Shown: piece by piece, positions 47,560 to 54,688 of the stretch
Position numbering within the stretch: position 1 is the stretch's first letter
How the letters are laid out: each line of letters opens with the position of its first letter
IMG/VR virus record: IMGVR_UViG_2541047774_000008
Location: 1-54,688 of that record
DNA length: 54,688 nt
Source of the DNA: a virus
Lineage: Duplodnaviria > Heunggongvirae > Uroviricota > Caudoviricetes
Reading direction: 5' to 3' (one strand)
The notes under the pieces: model-generated
Told to the model about the DNA's origin: nothing
What the model saw: the letters and a program-made list of their open reading frames with translations, nothing else
Database searches by the model: none
Program-made: the position numbers and the translations under genes

Positions 47560-47638
47560 ATCACCCTCACAATGTGAACTTTGAGTACATGCTATAACAG
47601 AACTGACAGTACATTCAAGAGCGAATATCATTGAACTT
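47560..47638. promoter_or_regulatory. immunity-region divergent promoter/operator interval
   Basis: 79-bp gap between the divergent repressor and Cro-like genes with direct repeats AGTACAT (x2) and TGAACTT (x2). Confidence 0.5.
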
Positions 47639-48058
47639 ATGGTTCATGAAGATAAAGCGCGTAAAGAGTTCGCCAGTAGGCTTGCGCTAGCCTGTGAAAA
47701 CGCTGGTTATGAACAACATGGAAGGCAGGCAGAAATTGCCCGTCGAATGAAATTAACACCAAAAGCGGTTAGCAAATGGTTTAATGGCGAAACAATTCCT
47801 CGCCGGGAGAAATTAAGGGAATTAGCAACACTAATAGGAACAACACCAACCTATCTTTTGGGAGAGGATACAGAAGAAAGTGGACAGGTACGTTTCTATC
47901 AGGAGTTAAATCCAAGACAAAAAATCATCATTGACCTTCTGGACGAGCTCCCTGACAGTGAGACAGATGAACTTTTAAAAACTCTTGAAGAGAAAAAACA
48001 GAAGTACAATGCAATTTACGAAGAGTTAGCACGAAAGAAAAAACAAAAAGCCTCTTAA
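47639..48058 (+). CDS. phage repressor, DicA/RacR-like HTH-XRE protein
   Basis: 139 aa; N-terminal HTH (QAEIARRMKLTPKAVSKWFNG), no peptidase S24 domain; first gene of the plus-strand block. Confidence 0.75.
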   Translation: MVHEDKARKEFASRLALACENAGYEQHGRQAEIARRMKLTPKAVSKWFNGETIPRREKLRELATLIGTTPTYLLGEDTEESGQVRFYQELNPRQKIIIDLLDELPDSETDELLKTLEEKKQKYNAIYEELARKKKQKAS

Positions 48059-48355
48059 ACCAGCATAAATCCGGTAGCGCCTTCCTCCGGGTTTGTGCTT
48101 CACTTTATCCCATCTCATTTTTTTACACACAGAATGTACTAAAAGTACTTTACAACAATGAACGCAAAGTACATTATATGCCTGCCACCCACCCCGCCCC
48201 ACAGAATGCAGGGCAATACTTCGAGTTACCAGGCAGTGGTCAGGGGTTAAGTAGCCAGCCCGAGGCGTAAGAACATGACGGCAGGGTTCAACTTTAATAA
48301 CTATGCAGCAGGTTTTTGTTCCGCTACCCCGGCGTTAAGGGGAAATGAGGTCAGC

Positions 48356-48511
48356 ATGGATACTATCAATCTTGGCAACAGCGAATCTCTGGTATGTGGC
48401 GTGTTCCCCAACCAGGACGGTACGTTCACCGCAATGACGTATACCAAAAGCAAAACGTTTAAAACCGAATCTGGAGCGCGTCGCTGGCTGGAAAGAAATT
48501 CAGGTGGGTGA
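48356..48511 (+). CDS. ydfA: YdfA-like small protein (51 aa)
   Basis: ORF 48275-48511 trimmed to ATG 48356 with GAGG RBS; size and position as in the Qin dicB operon. Confidence 0.6.
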   Translation: MDTINLGNSESLVCGVFPNQDGTFTAMTYTKSKTFKTESGARRWLERNSGG

Positions 48512-48512
48512 T

Positions 48513-48641
48513 ATGGATTTCGACACAATCATGGAAAAGGCTTACGAAGAATACTTCGAAGGCCTTGCCGAAGGCGAAGAAGCTCTCAGCTTCAGTGAGT
48601 TTAAACAGGCGCTTTCCAGCTCGGCAAAATCTAACGGCTGA
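48513..48641 (+). CDS. ydfB: YdfB-like small protein (42 aa)
   Basis: Not in the ORF track; ATG at 48513; MDFDTIMEKAYEEYFEGLAEGEEALSFSEFKQALSSSAKSNG. Confidence 0.5.
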   Translation: MDFDTIMEKAYEEYFEGLAEGEEALSFSEFKQALSSSAKSNG

Positions 48642-48670
48642 TAAGCGAAGCAACACCGCGAGGAATCAGT

Positions 48671-48889
48671 ATGCAGAAACGAGAACCCGTCATCATCGCG
48701 CCAGATTATACCGATGATGAACTTTATGAGTGGATGCGCCAGAAAATTAATGCAGCGCAGGATCTGAAATGGGCCAATGAAGCCAGGGCTAAGCAGGCTG
48801 AAAATCTGTCCGCTCTGGAGCAGGATATCACCAGGCTGGAAAAAGCAGCGGCATTAAGCATTGCCAGAATGATTACATACCCGCGTTAA
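48671..48889 (+). CDS. ydfC: YdfC-like protein (72 aa)
   Basis: 72-aa ORF MQKREPVIIAPDYTDDELYEWMRQKINAAQ... preceding dicF. Confidence 0.6.
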   Translation: MQKREPVIIAPDYTDDELYEWMRQKINAAQDLKWANEARAKQAENLSALEQDITRLEKAAALSIARMITYPR

Positions 48890-49229
48890 TAGCTAACCAA
48901 CGAAGCTAAGGTTGGTAATTAAGGAGTTCTCCACGGGTGAGGTGGAGTGCGTGCGCCGGACACGGGTGAGCATCCGGCACTGACAGTTTACTGAAAGGAT
49001 ATTTCCATGAAAAGTCAGACCATAACGCGAAAGCGCACGGCGAGGTAGCTGGTTCATAGATAGCCTGTCGTTAAATTTTCGTCGGCCGTGCGCTTCCGGT
49101 TGTGGCACTCCGCGAAATGGCGCGGCGGTAAGTATGGCGGGGTTATTCCTTCCCCGTTGAGGACACCTGGTTGTCAGGTTGACCATACGCTTAAGTGACA
49201 ACCCCGCTGCAACGCCCTCTGTTATCAAT

Positions 49230-49287
49230 TTTCTGGTGACGTTTGGCGGTATCAGTTTTACTCCGTGACTGCTCTGCCGCCCTTTTT
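49230..49287 (+). ncRNA. dicF: DicF small RNA
   Basis: Sequence TTTCTGGTGACGTTTGGCGGTATCAGTTTTACTCCGTGACTGCTCTGCCGCCCTTTTT matches DicF as I recall it, with a 3' GC stem and U-run, between ydfC and dicB. Confidence 0.75.
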
Positions 49288-49456
49288 AAAGTGAATTTTG
49301 TGATGCGGTGAATGCGGCTAAGCGCACGCGGAACAGTTAAAACCAAAAACAGTGTTATGGGTGGATTCTCTGTATCCGGCGTTAATTGTTAACTGGTTAA
49401 CGTCACCTGGAGGCACCAGGCACCGCATCACAAAACTCATTGTTGAGGGCGCGATA

Positions 49457-49645
49457 ATGAAAACGTTATTACCAAACGTTAATACGTCTGAAGGTTGTTT
49501 TGAAATTGGTGTCACTATCAGTAATCCTGTATTTACTGAAGATGCCATTAACAAAAGAAAACACGAACGGGAGTTATTAAATAAAGTATGCATTGTTTCA
49601 ATGCTGGCCCGTTTACGTCTGATGCCAAAAGGATGTGCACAATGA
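49457..49645 (+). CDS. dicB: cell-division inhibitor DicB
   Basis: 62 aa MKTLLPNVNTSEGCFEIGVTISNPVFTEDAINKRKHERELLNKVCIVSMLARLRLMPKGCAQ. Confidence 0.85.
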   Translation: MKTLLPNVNTSEGCFEIGVTISNPVFTEDAINKRKHERELLNKVCIVSMLARLRLMPKGCAQ

Positions 49646-49833
49646 ATCCAGTATTTGCACTTATTCTGACGGTTTTTCTTGTTTCCGGAGAGCCAGTTGA
49701 TATTGCAGTCAGTGTTCACAGAACAATGCAGGAATGTATGGCAGCAGCAACCGAACAGAAAATTCCAGGCAACTGTTATCCGGTCGATAAAGTTATTCAC
49801 CAGGATAATAACGAAATCCCGGCAGGTCTTTAA
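49642..49833 (+). CDS. ydfD: YdfD-like small membrane protein
   Basis: 63 aa MNPVFALILTVFLVSGEPVDIAVSVHRTMQECMAAATEQ...; start overlaps the dicB stop (ATGA). Confidence 0.7.
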   Translation: MNPVFALILTVFLVSGEPVDIAVSVHRTMQECMAAATEQKIPGNCYPVDKVIHQDNNEIPAGL

Positions 49834-49926
49834 AACAGCACCGTAATAAATATCCAGTTTCATTCTTATATGTCAGCAATGGCAGAGATTTGTTCACCCT
49901 TAAATCTGTGATGAGGTTTACCAATA

Positions 49927-52368
49927 ATGAGCACTGATAAAGAAGAATTTGCACTATATTGCGAAGCAAAAAATGACAAAGTAAGAAAACGCCTAGGAAT
50001 TAAAGGTGGTTTTTACTGGACTACAGCAAAAAAATTATCTGTTGCAATCTCCCGCTGCATTACCGCAATGGATGACAACGATTATGATGAAGACGACTTT
50101 AAAAAACCCGTCCGCGTCAATTTGCCCGTTGTTGACGACCTTCCGCCAGAAGGCGTGTTTGATACTGAATTCTGCAACCGCTATGAAAAAGGCGGGAAAG
50201 ATGGCATCACAATGACATTTATCGGCCCTTCCCCCTCTGTTCAGGACAAACCAGCCAGCACTGACAATACCAACATCAACGGCGAAGACATGGCTGAGAT
50301 TGAGGAGAGCATGCTTCTGCCTGTCTCCGGTCAGGAACTGCCCATTCGTTGGCTTGCTCAACACGGCAGCGAAAAACCAGTAACGCACGTTTCACGCGAC
50401 GAACTCCAGGCATTACACATTGCACGGGCTGAAGAACTACCGGCTGTTACTGCCCTGGCTATTTCGCATAAAACCAGTCTGCTCGACTCGCTGGAGATTC
50501 GCGACCTCCACAAACTGGTTCGTGACACTGACAAAGTTTTCCCTAATCCTGGTAATTCAGACCTGGGACTAATAACTGCTTTTTTCGAAGCATACCTGGA
50601 CGCTGACTACACTGATCGGGGTCTGCTGACAAAAGAGTGGATGAAAGGAAATCGTGTTTCACGCATCACCCGCACGGCTTCCGGTGCTAATGCTGGCGGT
50701 GGGAACAAAACCGATCGCAATCCGAATTTAGTACACACCCTCGACACACTGGATGTGGAGATTGCAGCAGCCACACTTCCGATGGATTTTAATATTTATG
50801 AAATTCCGGGCAGCGTTTATCGTCGCGCAAAAGAAGTAGTCCTGAACAAAGAAAGTCCGTTCAAAGAATGGTCCGCAGCACTTCGTGCAACCCCGGGTAT
50901 TCTGGACTATTCCCGCGCCGCTATTTTTGCACTTATCCGAAGCGCACACCCTGAATTTTATCACTACCCGGGACGCCTTCAGGGGTATATCAACGCCTAT
51001 TTGACGGAAACTGATCACGAGAACCCCAGCAAGGAAACTCTCACAGCTGCCCGGCATACGCCGGAAAAAGATATCCTGGAAGAAATTAACCGCGAGGTGG
51101 TTACTGAGCGTGAAACAGAAGAAGAAAAACCACAACCATCTGACGCAATGGCAGGTGAACAGGCAACAACTGAAACAATGGAACCGGATACAACTGAACA
51201 TGGCCAAAACGCGCAGTCGCTGGATGCTCAGTCGCAGGTGAGTTCCGCTAACCAAGTAAAAGTCACCGCTGACGAAGTAAACAAAATTATGCAGGCAGCC
51301 AATATCAGCCAGCCTGACGCCGATAAGTTACTTGCTGTATCGCGTGGTGAATTTGTTGAGGGGATTAGCGACCCTAATGATCCGAAATGGGTCAAGGGGA
51401 TCCAGACTCGCGATTCTGTGAACCAGAACCAGCATGAATCGGAACGGAACGACCAAAAAGCGGAACAAAATAGCCCAAATGCGTTACAAAACGAGCCAGA
51501 AACGAAACAATCCGAACCAGTAGCGCAACAGGAACCGGAAAAAGTCTGCACCGCCTGCGGTCAGAGCGGTGGCGGCAACTGCCCTGATTGTGGCGCGGTG
51601 ATGGGCGACGCAACATACCAGGAAACATTCGATGAAGAGAATCAGGTTGAAGTTCAGGAAAATGATCCGGAGGAAATGGAAGGCGCTGAACATCCACACA
51701 AGGAGAACCCTGGCGGCAATCAGCATCACGCCAGCGATAATAAAACTGGCGAGACGGCAGATCACTCAATTAAGGTGACCGGTCATCACGAAATCACATC
51801 CACCAGCAGGACGTGTGACCATCTAATGATCGACCTTGAAACCATGGGAAAAAATCCTGATGCCCCGATCATCTCAATAGGTGCAATATTTTTCGATCCG
51901 CAAACCGGAGATATGGGACCGGAATTTAGTAAGACTATCGATCTGGAAACTGCTGGCGGAGTCATTGATCGGGACACCATTAAATGGTGGCTTAAGCAAT
52001 CACGCGAAGCGCAATCTGCCATTATGACCGATGAAATCCCGTTAGATGATGCACTGTTACAATTGCGGGAATTTATCGACGAAAACTCCGGTGAATTTTT
52101 TGTTCAGGTCTGGGGAAATGGAGCCAACTTCGACAACACGATTTTGCGCCGTTCATACGAACGGCAGGGGATCCCCTGCCCGTGGCGTTACTACAACGAT
52201 CGCGATGTACGCACAATCGTTGAGCTGGGGAAAGCCATAGACTTCGATGCCAGAACGGCTATTCCATTCGAAGGTGAGCGCCATAATGCACTTGATGACG
52301 CTCGTTACCAGGCAAAATACGTTTCAGCTATCTGGCAAAAACTGATCCCGAGTCAGGCTGATTTTTAA
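49927..52368 (+). CDS. large prophage protein with C-terminal DnaQ-like 3'-5' exonuclease domain
   Basis: 813 aa; acidic, low-complexity centre; C-terminal DEDDh-type motifs (MIDLETMG...WGNGANFD...HNALDDA). Confidence 0.65.
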   Translation: MSTDKEEFALYCEAKNDKVRKRLGIKGGFYWTTAKKLSVAISRCITAMDDNDYDEDDFKKPVRVNLPVVDDLPPEGVFDTEFCNRYEKGGKDGITMTFIGPSPSVQDKPASTDNTNINGEDMAEIEESMLLPVSGQELPIRWLAQHGSEKPVTHVSRDELQALHIARAEELPAVTALAISHKTSLLDSLEIRDLHKLVRDTDKVFPNPGNSDLGLITAFFEAYLDADYTDRGLLTKEWMKGNRVSRITRTASGANAGGGNKTDRNPNLVHTLDTLDVEIAAATLPMDFNIYEIPGSVYRRAKEVVLNKESPFKEWSAALRATPGILDYSRAAIFALIRSAHPEFYHYPGRLQGYINAYLTETDHENPSKETLTAARHTPEKDILEEINREVVTERETEEEKPQPSDAMAGEQATTETMEPDTTEHGQNAQSLDAQSQVSSANQVKVTADEVNKIMQAANISQPDADKLLAVSRGEFVEGISDPNDPKWVKGIQTRDSVNQNQHESERNDQKAEQNSPNALQNEPETKQSEPVAQQEPEKVCTACGQSGGGNCPDCGAVMGDATYQETFDEENQVEVQENDPEEMEGAEHPHKENPGGNQHHASDNKTGETADHSIKVTGHHEITSTSRTCDHLMIDLETMGKNPDAPIISIGAIFFDPQTGDMGPEFSKTIDLETAGGVIDRDTIKWWLKQSREAQSAIMTDEIPLDDALLQLREFIDENSGEFFVQVWGNGANFDNTILRRSYERQGIPCPWRYYNDRDVRTIVELGKAIDFDARTAIPFEGERHNALDDARYQAKYVSAIWQKLIPSQADF

Positions 52369-52426
52369 TGTTCAACCCTAATTGCCGCTAACCGTATATA
52401 GTTAGCGGCGGTTATGAGATATAGCT

Positions 52427-52630
52427 ATGAGCAGCTTATTTTTAACCGAAGATGAATTGCTAATATTAACGGGCTGCAAATATGCAAGCCACCAGCGAAA
52501 ATGGTTAATGGAAAACGGGCTTCCGTTCTATACCAATCGTAGTGGCAAACCGATTGTCAGCCGGGATCTATTTACCTGCAATAAAACTTTACCACCACGC
52601 GAGGTAGAGCCGAATTTTGGTGCGATCTGA
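52427..52630 (+). CDS. xis: excisionase-like protein
   Basis: 67-aa ORF immediately upstream of and overlapping int; assignment by position and size. Confidence 0.5.
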   Translation: MSSLFLTEDELLILTGCKYASHQRKWLMENGLPFYTNRSGKPIVSRDLFTCNKTLPPREVEPNFGAI

Positions 52631-53655
52631 TGGGAAGACGAAGGAAAAATCCTGAACACGAAAAATTACCTCCAAATGTATACCCAAATAAATATAGTTA
52701 TGTATGGAAACCAACATCCAGAGAATCTGTCACACTAACCGCCATCAAGGATGGTTTAGCTGCTTTATGGAAAAAGTATGAGGAAACTGTAAATAATCGC
52801 GATCGTGCAATGACATTCGGTCGCTTGTGGGAAAAATTCCTCGCCAGCGCCTATTACAGTGACCTTAGTCCAAGAACACAAAAAGATTATCTGCAACATC
52901 AAAAAAAGTTGCTTGCCGTATTCGGTAAGGTACCAGCGGATTCCATAAAACCAGAACACATCCGTCGATACATGGACAAAAGAGGGGAGCAGAGTAAAAC
53001 GCAAGCCAACCATGAAAAAAGCAGTATGTCCCGTGTTTACAGTTGGGGGTATGAGCGAGGGTACGTGAAGGCTAACCCATGTGCAGGTGTAAGTAAATTC
53101 AAGGCCAAAAACCGCGAACGATATGTAACCGACAAAGAATACCAGGCAGTATTAAGCGTTGCACCTCTTCCTGTTTTTATCGCAATGGAAATTGCCTATC
53201 TGTGTGCAGCGAGGGTTTCCGATGTGTTATCGCTGAAATGGGAACAGATTGGAAACGACGGGATATTCATCCAGCAAGGGAAAACCGGAAAAAAACAGAT
53301 AAAAGCATGGAGTCCACGATTACAGGCAGCGATCGAAAAAGCAAAACAGTTACCAAAATCTGCCTATGTGATCAGCAATCAATACGGCAACCGATATATG
53401 TACAAAGGCTTTAACGAAATGTGGGTAGATGCAAGAAATCGTGCTGGAAAAATTTCAGGTATTTTAACCGACTTCACCTTTCATGATCTGAAGGCGAAAG
53501 GAATTTCAGACTATGAAGGAAGCAGCCGGGATAAGCAACTTTTCTCTGGTCACAAAACCGAAGGGCAAGTGCTAATCTATGACAGGAAGGTTAAAGTTTC
53601 ACCAACACTTGATGTCCCGTTACCTGAAAATATTCCAAGAAAATATTCCAAGTAA
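52630..53655 (+). CDS. int: tyrosine integrase (prophage)
   Basis: 341 aa; C-terminal catalytic region with HDLKAKG, GHKTEG and LIYDR (Tyr); ends 53 bp from tRNA-Ser. Confidence 0.9.
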   Translation: MGRRRKNPEHEKLPPNVYPNKYSYVWKPTSRESVTLTAIKDGLAALWKKYEETVNNRDRAMTFGRLWEKFLASAYYSDLSPRTQKDYLQHQKKLLAVFGKVPADSIKPEHIRRYMDKRGEQSKTQANHEKSSMSRVYSWGYERGYVKANPCAGVSKFKAKNRERYVTDKEYQAVLSVAPLPVFIAMEIAYLCAARVSDVLSLKWEQIGNDGIFIQQGKTGKKQIKAWSPRLQAAIEKAKQLPKSAYVISNQYGNRYMYKGFNEMWVDARNRAGKISGILTDFTFHDLKAKGISDYEGSSRDKQLFSGHKTEGQVLIYDRKVKVSPTLDVPLPENIPRKYSK

Positions 53656-53707
53656 TTCCAAGTGTGATTTTTGTCACTGACTTAATGATGTGTAAGTGAT
53701 TGAATTT

Positions 53708-53797
53708 TGGCGGAGAGAGGGGGATTTGAACCCCCGGTGGAGTTGCCCCCACTCCGGTTTTCGAGACCGGTCCGTTCAGCCGCTCCGGCATCTCTCC
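53708..53797 (-). tRNA. serU: tRNA-Ser (anticodon CGA)
   Basis: 90-nt cloverleaf with long variable arm; acceptor GGAGAGA/TCTCTCC, anticodon loop CUCGAAA, CCA encoded; 3' end faces the integrase. Confidence 0.9.
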
Positions 53798-53890
53798 GTT
53801 CAGATGGTTGCCATGATGCCAGGAAATTTGGCATTTTAACAGTCCCTGTCCGTGCAATTTTGTTCAAGTGACGAGTTTGCGAGCAAAACG

Positions 53891-54688
53891 ATGATTAAGT
53901 GGCCCTGGAAAGTACAAGAATCAGCACATCAAACTGCCCTTCCCTGGCAGGAAGCACTATCGATCCCCCTTTTAACGGGTCTGACGGAACAGGAACAAAG
54001 CAAATTAGTCACTCTTGCCGAACGTTTTTTACAGCAAAAGCGGCTTGTTCCTTTACAGGGCTTTGAACTGGATTCATTAAGAAGCTGCCGGATAGCACTT
54101 CTATTTTGCCTACCCGTTCTGGAGTTAGGACTGGAATGGCTGGATGGTTTTCATGAAGTCTTAATTTATCCTGCGCCATTTGTGGTCGATGATGAATGGG
54201 AAGACGATATCGGTCTGGTGCATAACCAACGTATTGTTCAGTCAGGTCAGAGCTGGCAGCAAGGGCCTATCGTTTTGAACTGGTTGGATATACAAGATTC
54301 TTTTGATGCATCTGGTTTTAACCTGATTATTCATGAAGTCGCTCATAAGCTGGACACCCGTAACGGCGATCGCGCCAGCGGAGTTCCCTTTATTTCGTTG
54401 CGTGAGGTTGCTGGCTGGGAACACGATCTTCATGCTGCAATGAACAACATTCAGGAAGAAATCGAATTAGTTGGTGAGAATGCAGCGAGCATTGATGCTT
54501 ATGCTGCCAGTGATCCTGCTGAATGTTTTGCCGTACTTTCTGAATATTTCTTTAGCGCCCCAGAACTTTTTGCTCCTCGTTTCCCTTCATTGTGGCAACG
54601 TTTCTGTCAATTTTATCAACAAGATCCTTTGCAGAGACTGCATCACGCTAATGATACAGACTCGTTTTCGGCGACGAATGTTCATTAA
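53891..54688 (+). CDS. mtfA: Mlc titration factor MtfA (chromosomal flank)
   Basis: ORF 53852-54688; ATG at 53891 gives 265 aa starting [26 protein letters not shown]; HExxH-type motif [10 protein letters not shown]. Confidence 0.9.
   Translation: MIKWPWKVQESAHQTALPWQEALSIPLLTGLTEQEQSKLVTLAERFLQQKRLVPLQGFELDSLRSCRIALLFCLPVLELGLEWLDGFHEVLIYPAPFVVDDEWEDDIGLVHNQRIVQSGQSWQQGPIVLNWLDIQDSFDASGFNLIIHEVAHKLDTRNGDRASGVPFISLREVAGWEHDLHAAMNNIQEEIELVGENAASIDAYAASDPAECFAVLSEYFFSAPELFAPRFPSLWQRFCQFYQQDPLQRLHHANDTDSFSATNVH

Overview
This 54.7-kb window is most of a lambdoid prophage integrated at tRNA-Ser(CGA) (serU) beside chromosomal mtfA at the right end, and its large-terminase gene is split by a nested ~15-kb satellite-like island. 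The prophage runs leftwards, mostly on the minus strand: int/xis and a Qin-like dicA-ydfABC-dicF-dicB-ydfD arm (plus strand), a Rac/Qin-like immunity switch, a replication initiator with internal ori iterons, a moron cluster (QueH-like, hokD, lipoprotein), rusA, a Q-like antiterminator, a 4-tRNA array, a phage-21-type lysis cassette, HNH-TerS-TerL, HK97-type head genes and a lambda-type tail (V, G/G-T frameshift, H, M, L, K, I, J, lom, tail fibre). The prophage terL 5' part (about 35313-36340) and 3' part (19612-20358) flank a 14.96-kb integrase-bearing element (20349-35312). That element carries int, two AlpA-like genes, Bro-N, a primase/helicase-like Rep, SSB, a PerC homologue and its own HK97-type capsid and packaging module (MCP, protease, portal, gp6-like connector, HNH, TerS, TerL) but no tail genes. 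I read it as a capsid-forming phage satellite (cfPICI-like) sitting inside the terL of its probable helper. No rRNA, CRISPR array or IS element was seen. All identifications are by eye from the supplied translations and sequence; no database search was run.
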